Shown here piece by piece: positions 28,677 through 37,805 of a stretch of DNA of 64,000 nucleotides (positions are counted from its first letter, which is position 1; every line of letters begins with the position of its first letter). The notes beneath the pieces were generated by a model. It was not told where the DNA came from, searched no databases, and saw only the letters and a list, made by a program, of their open reading frames with translations. The position numbers were made by a program, and so were the translations under genes. This DNA comes from an uncultured bacterium (GTDB taxonomy: Bacteria > Krumholzibacteriota > Krumholzibacteriia > Krumholzibacteriales > Krumholzibacteriaceae): contig CAWBAN010000003.1 of the NCBI GenBank assembly GCA_963786935.1, positions 64,001 to 128,000 on the forward strand. Reading direction: 5' to 3'.

Positions 28677-29012
28677 TCAGATGCGGACCTTCCCCGGCGG
28701 GCGCCGCTCGGGCACGTAGACGCGGGGGACCGTTCCCTCGTTCCATGCGGCCGAGACGTAGAGGTTGCAGTAGCAGCTGCCGAATTCCTTCACGTCCGGT
28801 TCCCGGTAGGCGCACGGACACGTGATGTCCCGGTCCCATTCCCGGTCCCCCGAGGCGAGCCTGCAGGGGCAGGCCATATAGCCGTAGCGCTTCTTGTTGA
28901 CGAGGAGCGCCTCGAGGAGCTCCTCGGTCCGCGCGCGGTCCGCGTTGAAGTGGTAACCTTTCGGCTCCTGCAGCTTTCTCAAACGCTCGTAAAGCTCGCC
29001 GGCTTCGCTCAT
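28677..29012 (-). CDS. Ferredoxin:thioredoxin reductase catalytic subunit family protein
   Basis: YGYMACPCR, CPC, GSCYCNLY, VPERRP motifs. Confidence 0.9.
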   Translation of the reverse strand: MSEAGELYERLRKLQEPKGYHFNADRARTEELLEALLVNKKRYGYMACPCRLASGDREWDRDITCPCAYREPDVKEFGSCYCNLYVSAAWNEGTVPRVYVPERRPPGKVRI

Positions 29013-29266
29013 CTCACACCCAACGCTTCCTTGATCTTGTCTTCCCTGTTCCCGACGATGACCGTGTCGCCGATCAGAATCGTCGGGAAGGAGCAGAGCG
29101 GATTGTACTTCTTGACCTCTTCGAGGACCGCCGCGCGGGCGCTCCCCTCGAGGAGGTCGACGTCGACGTAATCGTACTTGACCCCGAGGGAGCTCATGAG
29201 GGTCTTCGCGGCCCTGCAGTGGCTGCAGGTGCTCAGGGTATACATCTTCACGGGTTTGTGCTGCAC
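29009..29266 (-). CDS. Glutaredoxin (NrdH-like)
   Basis: YTLSTCSHC, SFPTILIG; overlaps the FTR start. Confidence 0.88.
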   Translation of the reverse strand: MQHKPVKMYTLSTCSHCRAAKTLMSSLGVKYDYVDVDLLEGSARAAVLEEVKKYNPLCSFPTILIGDTVIVGNREDKIKEALGVR

Positions 29267-29460
29267 GTCCGTCCCCTTTCCGTCTCTGCGGTGTGGTGGC
29301 CGGCGCGCCGCCGAGCCGCGCGCGCGTGGGGCTATTCTCCCACACGAGCTGCGCCTCGTCGAGTCAATTGTGAACGGCGCGAATTCGACGCGTTCGGCGC
29401 GGCGCGCCGCCGAATATTTTCCTCCATGATTCGCCGTTCCCGGGGGTATAATGCCCCGCT

Positions 29461-30969
29461 ATGGACCGATGCGCGGGCATTCTCCTCCACATCACGTCGC
29501 TCCCGTCGCGCCACTCGATCGGGGACCTCGGCTCGGGCGCGTACGCCTTCGCCGATTTCCTCGCGAGCGCGAAGCAGAGCCTCTGGCAGGTGCTGCCGCT
29601 CAATCCCACCGACGGGGCGCACGGCAACTCCCCCTACAGCAGCGTGTCGGCCTTCGCGGGGAACGTGCTCCTCGTCAGCCCCGAGCTCCTCGTCGACGAG
29701 GGGCTGCTCCGTCCCGAGGAGGCGCCGCCGCCGGCGCGCTCCGCGCTCGACCGCGTCGACTACCGCGCGGCCGCGATCGAAAAGCGGCGGATCCTCGAGA
29801 CGGCATACGAGCGGTTCCGGTCCACGGGACGGTGGCAGGACGAGTACCGGCGGTTCCGCGCCCTCAACGCCCGCTGGCTCGACGACTACGCGCTCTTCCT
29901 CGTTCTCAAGAAACAGTTCGGCGGCGTCGTCTGGAGCGAATGGCCCCGCGAGTTCCGGGACCGCGACGAGATCGCCCTCGGCGACGCCCGGAGCCTCTAC
30001 GCCGCCGACATCGAGCGCACGTGCTTCTATCAGTACCTCTTCTTTCGGCAGTGGGCGGCCCTCAAGGCGTACTGCGGCGGCAAGGGGGTGCGGATCGTCG
30101 GCGACATCCCGATCTACGTCGGCTACGACAGCGCGGACGTCTGGACCCGGCGCCGCTTCTTCAAGCTCGATGCCGACGGCAGGCCGAAGTTCGTCGCGGG
30201 CGTGCCGCCGGACTATTTCAGCGAGACGGGACAGCTCTGGGGCAATCCCGTGTACGACTGGGACGCGCTGGCGGCCGACGGGTTCGGGTGGTGGATCGAC
30301 CGGTTCGCCCACAACCTCGGCCTGTTCGACTTCGTTCGCGTGGATCATTTCCGCGGTTTCGTCGGGTACTGGGAGGTGGGCGCGGGGGAGAAGACCGCCG
30401 TCAGGGGGCGCTGGGTCAAGGCGCCCGCCGACGAGTTCTTCGGCGCGCTCCGCGCGAAATTTCCCGGCTTCCCGCTCATCGCTGAGGATCTCGGGATCAT
30501 CACGCCCGACGTGAAGGAGCTCATGGCGCGGCTCGGCATCCCCGGCATGCGCGTCCTCCTCTTCGCCTTCGGCGAGGACAATCCGGAGCATCCCTATCTC
30601 CCGGTCAACTACGTCGAGAACTGCGTCGCCTATACGGGTACCCACGACAACAACACGGCGCGCGGCTGGTTCGAGCACGAGGCGCTGCCGGAGGAGCTGG
30701 AGCGCCTCTCCCTGTATCTCGGAAAGGAGCTCGCCGCCGGCACGATCCACCTCGATCTCGTCCGGCTCGTCATGGAATCGATCGCCGGCGCCGCCGTCAT
30801 CCCGATGCAGGACGTGATCGGGCTCGGCGAGGAGGCGCGGATGAACCGCCCGGCGATTCCCCACGGGAACTGGGAGTGGCGCTGCCTTCGCGATCAGATC
30901 GGCCGGCCGGCGGCCGAAGCGCTCGCCGCGATGGTCGAGCGCTGCGGGAGGGCGCCGCGCACGCCATGA
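29461..30969 (+). CDS. malQ: 4-alpha-glucanotransferase (amylomaltase, GH77)
   Basis: GILLHITSLP, WQVLPLNP, GDIPIYV, GVPPDYFSETGQLWGNP, RVDHFRGF, AEDLG, YTGTHDN. Confidence 0.95.
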   Translation: MDRCAGILLHITSLPSRHSIGDLGSGAYAFADFLASAKQSLWQVLPLNPTDGAHGNSPYSSVSAFAGNVLLVSPELLVDEGLLRPEEAPPPARSALDRVDYRAAAIEKRRILETAYERFRSTGRWQDEYRRFRALNARWLDDYALFLVLKKQFGGVVWSEWPREFRDRDEIALGDARSLYAADIERTCFYQYLFFRQWAALKAYCGGKGVRIVGDIPIYVGYDSADVWTRRRFFKLDADGRPKFVAGVPPDYFSETGQLWGNPVYDWDALAADGFGWWIDRFAHNLGLFDFVRVDHFRGFVGYWEVGAGEKTAVRGRWVKAPADEFFGALRAKFPGFPLIAEDLGIITPDVKELMARLGIPGMRVLLFAFGEDNPEHPYLPVNYVENCVAYTGTHDNNTARGWFEHEALPEELERLSLYLGKELAAGTIHLDLVRLVMESIAGAAVIPMQDVIGLGEEARMNRPAIPHGNWEWRCLRDQIGRPAAEALAAMVERCGRAPRTP

Positions 30970-32186
30970 GCACCGACGCGATCGTTGTCGCCGTTTTCGG
31001 CTTCGTCTACGCGGGCATGATCCTCGGCCGCATCCCCGGCCTCGCCCTCGACCGGACGGGGGTAGCCCTTCTCGGGGCGATCGCGCTCGTCACCCTCGGC
31101 CGCGTCACGGTGCCGCAGCTCTCGACCGTGGTGGACGTACCGACGATCGCGCTCCTCTTCGGCCTCATGGTCGTCTCGGCGCAGTTCCGGATGAGCGGCT
31201 TCTACACGCGGCTCGTGAGGGGCATCGCCCGCGTCGACGTTTCCCCCCCGGCTCTCCTCGCGCTCCTCGTCGCCGTCGCCGGAGCCCTCTCGGCGCTGCT
31301 CGCGAACGACATCGTCTGCCTCGCCGTGGCCCCGGTCCTCGTGGAAGGCTGCGCGCGCCGGCGCCTGAACCCGAAGCCGTACCTCCTCGCGCTCGCGTGC
31401 GCCGCGAACGTCGGTTCGGCGGCGACGCTGATCGGGAATCCCCAGAACATGCTCATCGGGCAGGTGCTGCGGCTCTCGTTCGGCCGGTATCTCCTCGACG
31501 CGGGCGTGCCCGCGATACTCGGGCTCTTCATCGTCTGGGGCGTCATCTGCCTGTTCTATCGGGGGCGCTGGGAGCAGGACACCCGGATCCCGACCGTCGA
31601 GCAGACCCCCTTCGACACGTGGCAAACGGTGAAGGGAATCGCCGTCCTCGCCGCGCTCGTCGTCGCCTTCCTCGCGGCCCCCTGGCCGCGGGAGGTTCTC
31701 GCGCTCGCCGCGGCGGGCTACCTCCTCTGCTCGCGCCGCATGGAGTCGCGGGAGATCCTCGGGCTCGTCGACTGGCAGCTCCTCGTTCTCTTCATGTCGC
31801 TCTTCGTCGTCAACCACGCGCTCGCCGCCTCGGGGAGCATGGACGCGTTCACCGGCGCCCTCGCCGGGCGCGGCGTCGATCTCGCCCGGCCCCCGTGGCT
31901 CTTCGGTTCGAGCGTCGTTCTCTCGAACCTCGTCTCGAACGTCCCGGCGGTGATGCTGCTTCTGCCGTCGGCTTCGCATCCGCTCGCCGGCCCGATCCTC
32001 GCGCTCTCGTCGACCCTGGCCGGCAACCTCCTCATCGTCGGTTCCATCGCCAACATCATCGTCGTCGACCAGGCCCGCCGCCTCGGCGTTTCGATTTCGT
32101 GGCGCGAGCACGCCGCGATCGGCGTGCCGGTCACCCTGCTCACCCTCGCCGTCGCGGCGGGGTGGCTCGCCCTGCGGGCGTTTTAG
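30966..32186 (+). CDS. ArsB/NhaD/CitM superfamily anion transporter
   Basis: LDRTG, LANDIVC, ANVGSAATLIGNPQN, SNLVSNVPA, GNLLIVGSIANII; multiple TM helices. Confidence 0.88.
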   Translation: MSTDAIVVAVFGFVYAGMILGRIPGLALDRTGVALLGAIALVTLGRVTVPQLSTVVDVPTIALLFGLMVVSAQFRMSGFYTRLVRGIARVDVSPPALLALLVAVAGALSALLANDIVCLAVAPVLVEGCARRRLNPKPYLLALACAANVGSAATLIGNPQNMLIGQVLRLSFGRYLLDAGVPAILGLFIVWGVICLFYRGRWEQDTRIPTVEQTPFDTWQTVKGIAVLAALVVAFLAAPWPREVLALAAAGYLLCSRRMESREILGLVDWQLLVLFMSLFVVNHALAASGSMDAFTGALAGRGVDLARPPWLFGSSVVLSNLVSNVPAVMLLLPSASHPLAGPILALSSTLAGNLLIVGSIANIIVVDQARRLGVSISWREHAAIGVPVTLLTLAVAAGWLALRAF

Positions 32187-32311
32187 CGGCGAATGGCCCT
32201 TCTGGTCCGCATTATGCTATGCCGCTCACGGGAAGGTGTGCCGGAAAAACGGGGGGCGGCGGCGATCCGGGAGACGCCCGAAAGATTTTTTGAAAATCGT
32301 GAGATTGTCGC

Positions 32312-32372
32312 TTGTAATTTTTGAGGCCTTGTATATATTGCATCACGATTGATCGAAGAAACGCACAGGAGG
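32312..32372 (+). promoter_or_regulatory. Putative promoter and SD for the kamA operon leader
   Basis: TTGTAA(32312)-16-TATATT(32334-32339) in an AT-rich patch; AGGAGG at 32367-32372. Confidence 0.5.
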
Positions 32373-32382
32373 AACCTGAAAA

Positions 32383-32601
32383 ATGAGGACCAATATTCCG
32401 TGCATCTCGTTCGGATGCCTGGTTAAGCCGGTAGCGGCGGCGCATGGCGCGCTCCTCGGTTTGGCGGGCGACGGCGCCCGCGGTGAATTGGATTCGAGAT
32501 TCGGATATTCAAGCATAGCGCGGCCACGGAGCCGCTGCAGTATGGAGGGACCGGTTGATGGAAACGCAAGCTTCAACGCATCACGCTACCGATGTTACTA
32601 G
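32383..32601 (+). CDS. Possible leader/small peptide (72 aa) overlapping the kamA start
   Basis: AGGAGG SD 10 nt before the ATG, first ORF after the putative promoter; no recognisable family. Confidence 0.3.
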   Translation: MRTNIPCISFGCLVKPVAAAHGALLGLAGDGARGELDSRFGYSSIARPRSRCSMEGPVDGNASFNASRYRCY

Positions 32602-33889
32602 CGGAGAACAAAGCGAGGATCATCCTCCGCATTTATCTGGCTGCCTCGGTCCATTGTTCGACGGACAGATTTCTCCCCAGACAAGCATCATTCATCATTC
32701 GCGCGTCTCCGGCGCGAGACCGCTCGCGGGCAAGCGCCCGAGCTTGAGCTCGCGCGTCCGGCTGTTCCGCCGCGCGTTTTTCCCCGAGGTGAGCGACCGC
32801 GACTGGAACGACTGGCGCTGGCAGATACGGAATCGCGTGCAGGACATCGCCCAGTTCGAGCGCATGCTCTCGCTCTCGGGCGACGAGCGCACCGCCATCG
32901 AGAAGGGCGGATCGCTCCTTCCCGTCGGCGTGACGCCGTACTACATGAGCCTGCTCTCGTACGACAACCCCGCGCAGGCCCTGCGCCGGACGGTCATCCC
33001 GAGCACCGGCGAGTTCGTATGCTCGCCCGGCGAGTCCGCCGATCCGCTCGCGGAGGAGGCGACGAGCCCCGTGCCGGGTCTCGTTCACCGTTATCCGGAC
33101 CGCGTGCTGCTCCTCGTGTCGGATTTCTGCTCGACCTACTGCCGCTACTGCACGCGCTCGCGCGTCGTGGGGCAGGGCGTGCTCCATCCGGCGGCGGCCC
33201 GGCTCGAGAAGGCGTTCGAATACATCCGCCTCAATCCCCAGATCCGCGACGTCCTCGTGTCGGGCGGGGAGCCGCTCGCGCTGAGCGACGACCGGCTCGA
33301 CTGGATCCTCTCGGAGCTCAGGCGCATTTCGCACGTCGAGATCGTGCGGATCGGGACGAAGGCGCCCGTCGTGCTGCCGCAGCGGATCACGCCGCAGCTC
33401 ACGCGGATGCTCCGCAGGCACCATCCGGTCTGGATGAGCATCCACTTCACCCACCCCGACGAGTGCACGGCCGAGGCGAGCCGCGCCTGCGCGCAGCTCG
33501 CGGACGCCGGCATCCCCCTCGGATCCCAGACGGTGCTCCTCAAGGGGATCAACGACAACGTCGAGACGATGAAGCGGCTCGTGCAGCGCCTCATGGCGAT
33601 GCGCGTCCGGCCCTACTACATCTACCAGTGCGACCCGATCTACGGCTCGTCGCATTTCAGGACGTCCGTCGAGACCGGGATCGAGATCATCCGGGGTCTC
33701 CGGGGATTCACGAGCGGCTACGCCGTTCCCACGTTCGTCATCGACGCCCCCGGCGGCGGGGGGAAGACCCCCGTCATGCCCGATTACGTCGTCGGACGGG
33801 AAGGGGATCACGTCGTGCTGCGCAATTACGAGGGCAATCTCTATCGCTACTACGATCCCCAGCCGGGCGGGGCGCTCGCGCGCGTCTAG
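32558..33889 (+). CDS. kamA: KamA family radical SAM/PLP aminomutase (lysine 2,3-aminomutase-like)
   Basis: WNDWRWQ, HRYPDRVL, CSTYCRYCTR, QTVLLKGIND, YQCD, IDAPGGGGK PLP Lys. Confidence 0.92.
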   Translation: METQASTHHATDVTSGEQSEDHPPHLSGCLGPLFDGQISPQTSIIHHSRVSGARPLAGKRPSLSSRVRLFRRAFFPEVSDRDWNDWRWQIRNRVQDIAQFERMLSLSGDERTAIEKGGSLLPVGVTPYYMSLLSYDNPAQALRRTVIPSTGEFVCSPGESADPLAEEATSPVPGLVHRYPDRVLLLVSDFCSTYCRYCTRSRVVGQGVLHPAAARLEKAFEYIRLNPQIRDVLVSGGEPLALSDDRLDWILSELRRISHVEIVRIGTKAPVVLPQRITPQLTRMLRRHHPVWMSIHFTHPDECTAEASRACAQLADAGIPLGSQTVLLKGINDNVETMKRLVQRLMAMRVRPYYIYQCDPIYGSSHFRTSVETGIEIIRGLRGFTSGYAVPTFVIDAPGGGGKTPVMPDYVVGREGDHVVLRNYEGNLYRYYDPQPGGALARV

Positions 33890-33912
33890 GAGGCGGGGCC
33901 GATTTCCGGAGC

Positions 33913-34920
33913 ATGAAGATAGGCCTCACATACGATCTCAGGTCGGAGTATCTCGCCATGGGCTACGGCGAGGAGGAGACCGCCGAGTTCGATCGGGAGG
34001 AAACGATCGACGAGCTCGAGGGGGCCGTTCGCCGGCTCGATCACGCGACCGACCGGATCGGCAGCGCCCGGCGGCTCGTCGAGCGGCTCGCCGCGGGGGA
34101 CCGCTGGGATCTCGTGTTCAACATCGCCGAGGGGCTCCGCGGGCTCGGCCGCGAGGCGCAGGTGCCGGCGATTCTCGACCTCTACGGCATCCCGTACACC
34201 TTCTCCGATCCGCTCGTCATGGCGCTCACCCTGCACAAGGGCATGACGAAGCACGTCGTCCGCGACGCCGGGATTCCGACGTGCGATTTCGCGATCGTCG
34301 AGAGCGAGGCGGATGCCGGGGCGGTCCGCTTCGGGCCTCCCTATTTTCTCAAGCCCGTCGCCGAGGGGACGAGCAAGGGGATCACGTCGAAGTCGATCGT
34401 GAAGGATCGCGCGGCGCTCGGGCCGCTCTGCGGCGAGCTCGTCCGGGAGTTCAAGCAGCCCGTCATCGTCGAGGAGTTCCTGCCGGGCCGGGAGTTCACC
34501 GTCGGCGTCCTCGGCACGGGGCCGCGGGCCGAGGCGATCGGAAGCCTCGAGATGGGCCTTCGGCCGGGCGCCGAGGACAACGTGTACTCGTACGTCAACA
34601 AGGAGCAGTGCGAGGAGCTCGTCGAGTACATCCTCGTCAGGCCCGACGGCGACGCCGCGGTGCGCGAGGCGGAGCGCATCGCGCTGAAGGCGTGGCGGAT
34701 TCTCGGCTGCCGCGACGCCGGACGGGTCGACCTGCGGTGCGACGGGCGCGGGCGGCCGCAGTTCGTCGAGATCAATCCCCTCGCGGGGCTGCACCCCTCT
34801 CATTCCGACCTCCCCATATTGTGCACGAAGCTCGGCATACCGTACGTGTCACTCATCGACCGCATCCTGCGTTCCGCCGCCGAACGGGTGGAACGCGAAG
34901 CGGCTCACCCTCGCCCGTAA
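33913..34920 (+). CDS. D-Ala-D-Ala ligase-like ATP-grasp enzyme (copy 1)
   Basis: LVFNIAEG, GIPYTFSD, KPVAEGTSKGI, EEFLPGREFTV, GRVDLR, EINPLAGL. Confidence 0.88.
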   Translation: MKIGLTYDLRSEYLAMGYGEEETAEFDREETIDELEGAVRRLDHATDRIGSARRLVERLAAGDRWDLVFNIAEGLRGLGREAQVPAILDLYGIPYTFSDPLVMALTLHKGMTKHVVRDAGIPTCDFAIVESEADAGAVRFGPPYFLKPVAEGTSKGITSKSIVKDRAALGPLCGELVREFKQPVIVEEFLPGREFTVGVLGTGPRAEAIGSLEMGLRPGAEDNVYSYVNKEQCEELVEYILVRPDGDAAVREAERIALKAWRILGCRDAGRVDLRCDGRGRPQFVEINPLAGLHPSHSDLPILCTKLGIPYVSLIDRILRSAAERVEREAAHPRP

Positions 34921-34927
34921 GGTCGTC

Positions 34928-35992
34928 ATGCGCGTCGCGATTCTCTTCAATGCCGTGAGCGAACAGGCGAAGACGGACGAGCTCGACGTGCTCGTGCAGC
35001 TCGACGCCGTGCACGCGGCGCTCGGCCGGCTCGGGCACGAGGCGATCAAGGTGCCGTGCGGCTTCGACGTGAGCGCCGTCGTCGCCGAGCTCGACGCGTT
35101 CAGGCCCGACGCGGTGTTCAACCTCGTCGAGTGCCTCGAGGGGTACGGGCGGCTCATCTTTCTCGTGCCGGCCGTCCTCGACGCGAAGGGAATCGCGTAT
35201 ACCGGCTCCCCGGCGGAAGCGCTGTTCCTCACGTCCCACAAGGTGCTCGCCAAGGAGCGGATACGGGCCGGCGGGCTCCCGACGCCCGATTGGATCGGCC
35301 CGTGGCCCGGCGGCGGAATGGCGCCGATCGTCGAGCGGCGCGCCCGCACGCGGCGCAAACCGAGCTACATCGTCAAGGCCGTCTGGGAGCACGCGTCCTT
35401 CGGCATGGACGACGACGTCGTCGTCCGGCAGGCGGACGAGGCGAAGCTCCGGCGGCTGATGGAGGAATGGTCGCCGCGCCTGCGCGGCGAGTGCTTCGCC
35501 GAGGAATTCATCGACGGCAGGGAATACAACATCTCCGTCATCGCGACCCCCGACGGGCCGCGCGTGCTGCCGGTCGCGGAGATCCTCTTCATCGATTACC
35601 CGAAGGACAAGCCGAAGATCGTGAGCTACAAGGCCAAATGGGAGGAGGATTCGATCGAATATCGCAGCACGCCCCGCAGCTTCGATCATTCCCCCGATGA
35701 CGCGAAGCTCCACGAGGATCTCCGCCGCCTCAGCAGGACCGCGTGGGACCTCTTCGCGCTGAGCGGGTACGCCCGGGTCGATTTCCGCGTCGACCGCAAG
35801 GGGCGTCCATCCATTCTCGAGATCAACGCGAATCCCTGCATTTCGCCCGATTCGGGGTTCATCGCCGCGGCGCAGCAGGGAGGCTTCGATTACGACGCCG
35901 TCATCCGCGGCATTCTCGAGGACGCGGTCCGCAAGCCGCGCTGCGCGCCGTCCGTCGGGACCGATCCGAAGGCCGGGGAAGGCCGCTCATGA
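34928..35992 (+). CDS. D-Ala-D-Ala ligase-like ATP-grasp enzyme (copy 2)
   Basis: VFNLVE, YTGS, KAVWEHASFG, EEFIDGREYN, YKAKW, YARVDFR, EINANPC. Confidence 0.88.
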   Translation: MRVAILFNAVSEQAKTDELDVLVQLDAVHAALGRLGHEAIKVPCGFDVSAVVAELDAFRPDAVFNLVECLEGYGRLIFLVPAVLDAKGIAYTGSPAEALFLTSHKVLAKERIRAGGLPTPDWIGPWPGGGMAPIVERRARTRRKPSYIVKAVWEHASFGMDDDVVVRQADEAKLRRLMEEWSPRLRGECFAEEFIDGREYNISVIATPDGPRVLPVAEILFIDYPKDKPKIVSYKAKWEEDSIEYRSTPRSFDHSPDDAKLHEDLRRLSRTAWDLFALSGYARVDFRVDRKGRPSILEINANPCISPDSGFIAAAQQGGFDYDAVIRGILEDAVRKPRCAPSVGTDPKAGEGRS

Positions 35993-36017
35993 GCGAACAC
36001 GACGGAGGTGCCGCGCG

Positions 36018-36533
36018 TTGAACGGGAAAGCCCCGGAATCGGGCTCGATGAGCGGCGTTTCGTTCCGCCACGACGTGCGTCCCGATGACTGCGGGACGGT
36101 GCGTGATATCGTCGCGGCGACGGGCTATTTCACGCCGAGCGAGGTCGACGTCGCGGTCGAGCTCGTGCAGGAGAATCTCGCCAAGGGCGCCGCGGCGAGC
36201 GGATATCATTTCATTTTCGCCGAGCACGGGGGGAAGACGATCGGCTACCTCTGCTACGGGCCGATCCCGTGCACGATCTCGAGCCACAACCTCTACTGGA
36301 TCGCCGTTGATCCCCGCCACCAGGGCAAAGGGCTCGGCAAGGCGCTTATGCGCGAGGCCGAGAAATTGATCGGGGAGGCGGGGGGCACGCGCATCTACAT
36401 CGACACTTCCTACAAGGCTCAGTATGAGGACACGAGGGCCTTCTACCTGTCGCTCGGGTACGAGCTCGACGCGCTCCTCAGGGATTTCTACGCTCCCGGC
36501 GACGACAAGGTGATCTACCGGAAGCTGCTCTGA
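36018..36533 (+). CDS. GNAT family N-acetyltransferase
   Basis: LYWIAVDPRHQGKGLGKAL acetyl-CoA motif A, AFYLSLGY; TTG start with GGAGG SD. Confidence 0.9.
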   Translation: MNGKAPESGSMSGVSFRHDVRPDDCGTVRDIVAATGYFTPSEVDVAVELVQENLAKGAAASGYHFIFAEHGGKTIGYLCYGPIPCTISSHNLYWIAVDPRHQGKGLGKALMREAEKLIGEAGGTRIYIDTSYKAQYEDTRAFYLSLGYELDALLRDFYAPGDDKVIYRKLL

Positions 36534-36558
36534 GCGCCGGCCGGTATCAGCGGCGCGT

Positions 36559-37805
36559 TCAATCGGGGGAGACGAGCGCTCCCGCGCCGAGCGCGCCGAT
36601 AAGGACCGTCCCGTACGAGCCGCGCGGCAGGAAGAATCTCACGAAACGCTTGAATCGTCCCGCGCCGGCGCCGGCGTCGTCCGCCTCGACCGGGCCGAGC
36701 GTGAAATCCGTGGCGTCGACGAAGAGCGGCCGCTCGACCTCTCCGAACGGAAGGCCGCGAAGGCCCGGGACGCGCAGAGCGCTCAGCGCGACGCGTTCGC
36801 CGGCGAGCGCGGCCTCGGCGGCGCTTCGCCACGGATCCTCGAGCTTCGTCTCCGGCGAGAACAGCGGAACGAGCGTCCCGGCGAGTCCGGGAGGAATCGC
36901 CGAGGCGCGCGGCGTCGCCGGATCGCCGAAACGCGAGGGGATCCCGATCAGCGGCGGGGCGCACGCCTCCGCGACGAAGCGCCGCGCGACGTCGTTCCAG
37001 AGCTTGGACTGGTACGCCTCGATCGAGATCCGGCGGATGAACGGCGGAAGCGCGCCGAAGCCGGCGCGGAAATCCCCGCCGGTCCCGGCGAGACGCTCGA
37101 TGACCGCCCGCTCGGGGCAGGGGGGAGCTTCCGCGCGAGCGAGTCCCAGTTCCCCCACGCGGCGGCGATCGCGCGCTTGATCTCCTTGCGCTCCCGCGAA
37201 TCCTTCCGGTCCGGGACGGCGATGAGCAGCTCGAGCGCCCCTTCGAAGTCCCCGTCGATGAGCCGCCGGGCGGCGAATCCCCTGCCGTGCCGCGCCGAGC
37301 CGAACCGCTGCTCGCCGAAGTAATTCACAAAACGCAGCGCGCGGCCCCCGGCGCCGGGAAGCGCGAGGAGCCGTCTCGCCTCCGTCATGCGCGCGCACTG
37401 GCGCCGGGTCAGGCCCCGCACCGTCACGCGGAACCGGTTGCCCGATATGTCCCCGGCGGAAAGGGGGGCATCGAGCGCCCCGATTCTCTCGATGCTCCAT
37501 CCGGCCGTCCCGTCGGTTTCGGGAGCGCGCTCGGCGTCGCGGCGGGGGAACCGGACCGACACGTGCTGAACGGTGAGCGCGTGCCGGTCCTTGAGCCCGG
37601 CGTGGCCGATCCGCTCGAGCGGCACGCGAAGCCGCGCCGAGACGCGCTCGAGCGCCTCGAGAGTGCCGAGGTCGCGCTTCGTGAGCCGGTAGATGACGAA
37701 AGGGCCGGGGGACGCCGCTGCGCGCGCCGCGGCAACGCGCCTCGCCGCGGCGGGGGCGAGCACTTCCTCGACCATGAAATCCTCAGGGCGGCTCTTGATC
37801 TTCAC
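36559..37805 (-). pseudogene. truD: tRNA pseudouridine(13) synthase TruD, split by a 1-nt frameshift near 37122 (probably a sequencing artefact)
   Basis: KSRPEDFMVEE, HAGLKDRHALTVQ, GNRFRV, NYFGEQRFG in one frame; AYQSKLWN and FFLPRGSYGT in another. One more C in the C6 run restores LPPCPERAV. Confidence 0.85.

Noticed and set aside
32558..33889. epmB (EF-P beta-lysylation)
   Set aside because: No efp or epmA adjacent, and the WxDWxWQ and APGGGGK motifs fit KamA-type enzymes
33913..35992. Housekeeping ddl for peptidoglycan synthesis
   Set aside because: Two divergent tandem copies lacking the N-terminal GGxSxE motif, in a kamA/GNAT context rather than a mur/dcw cluster
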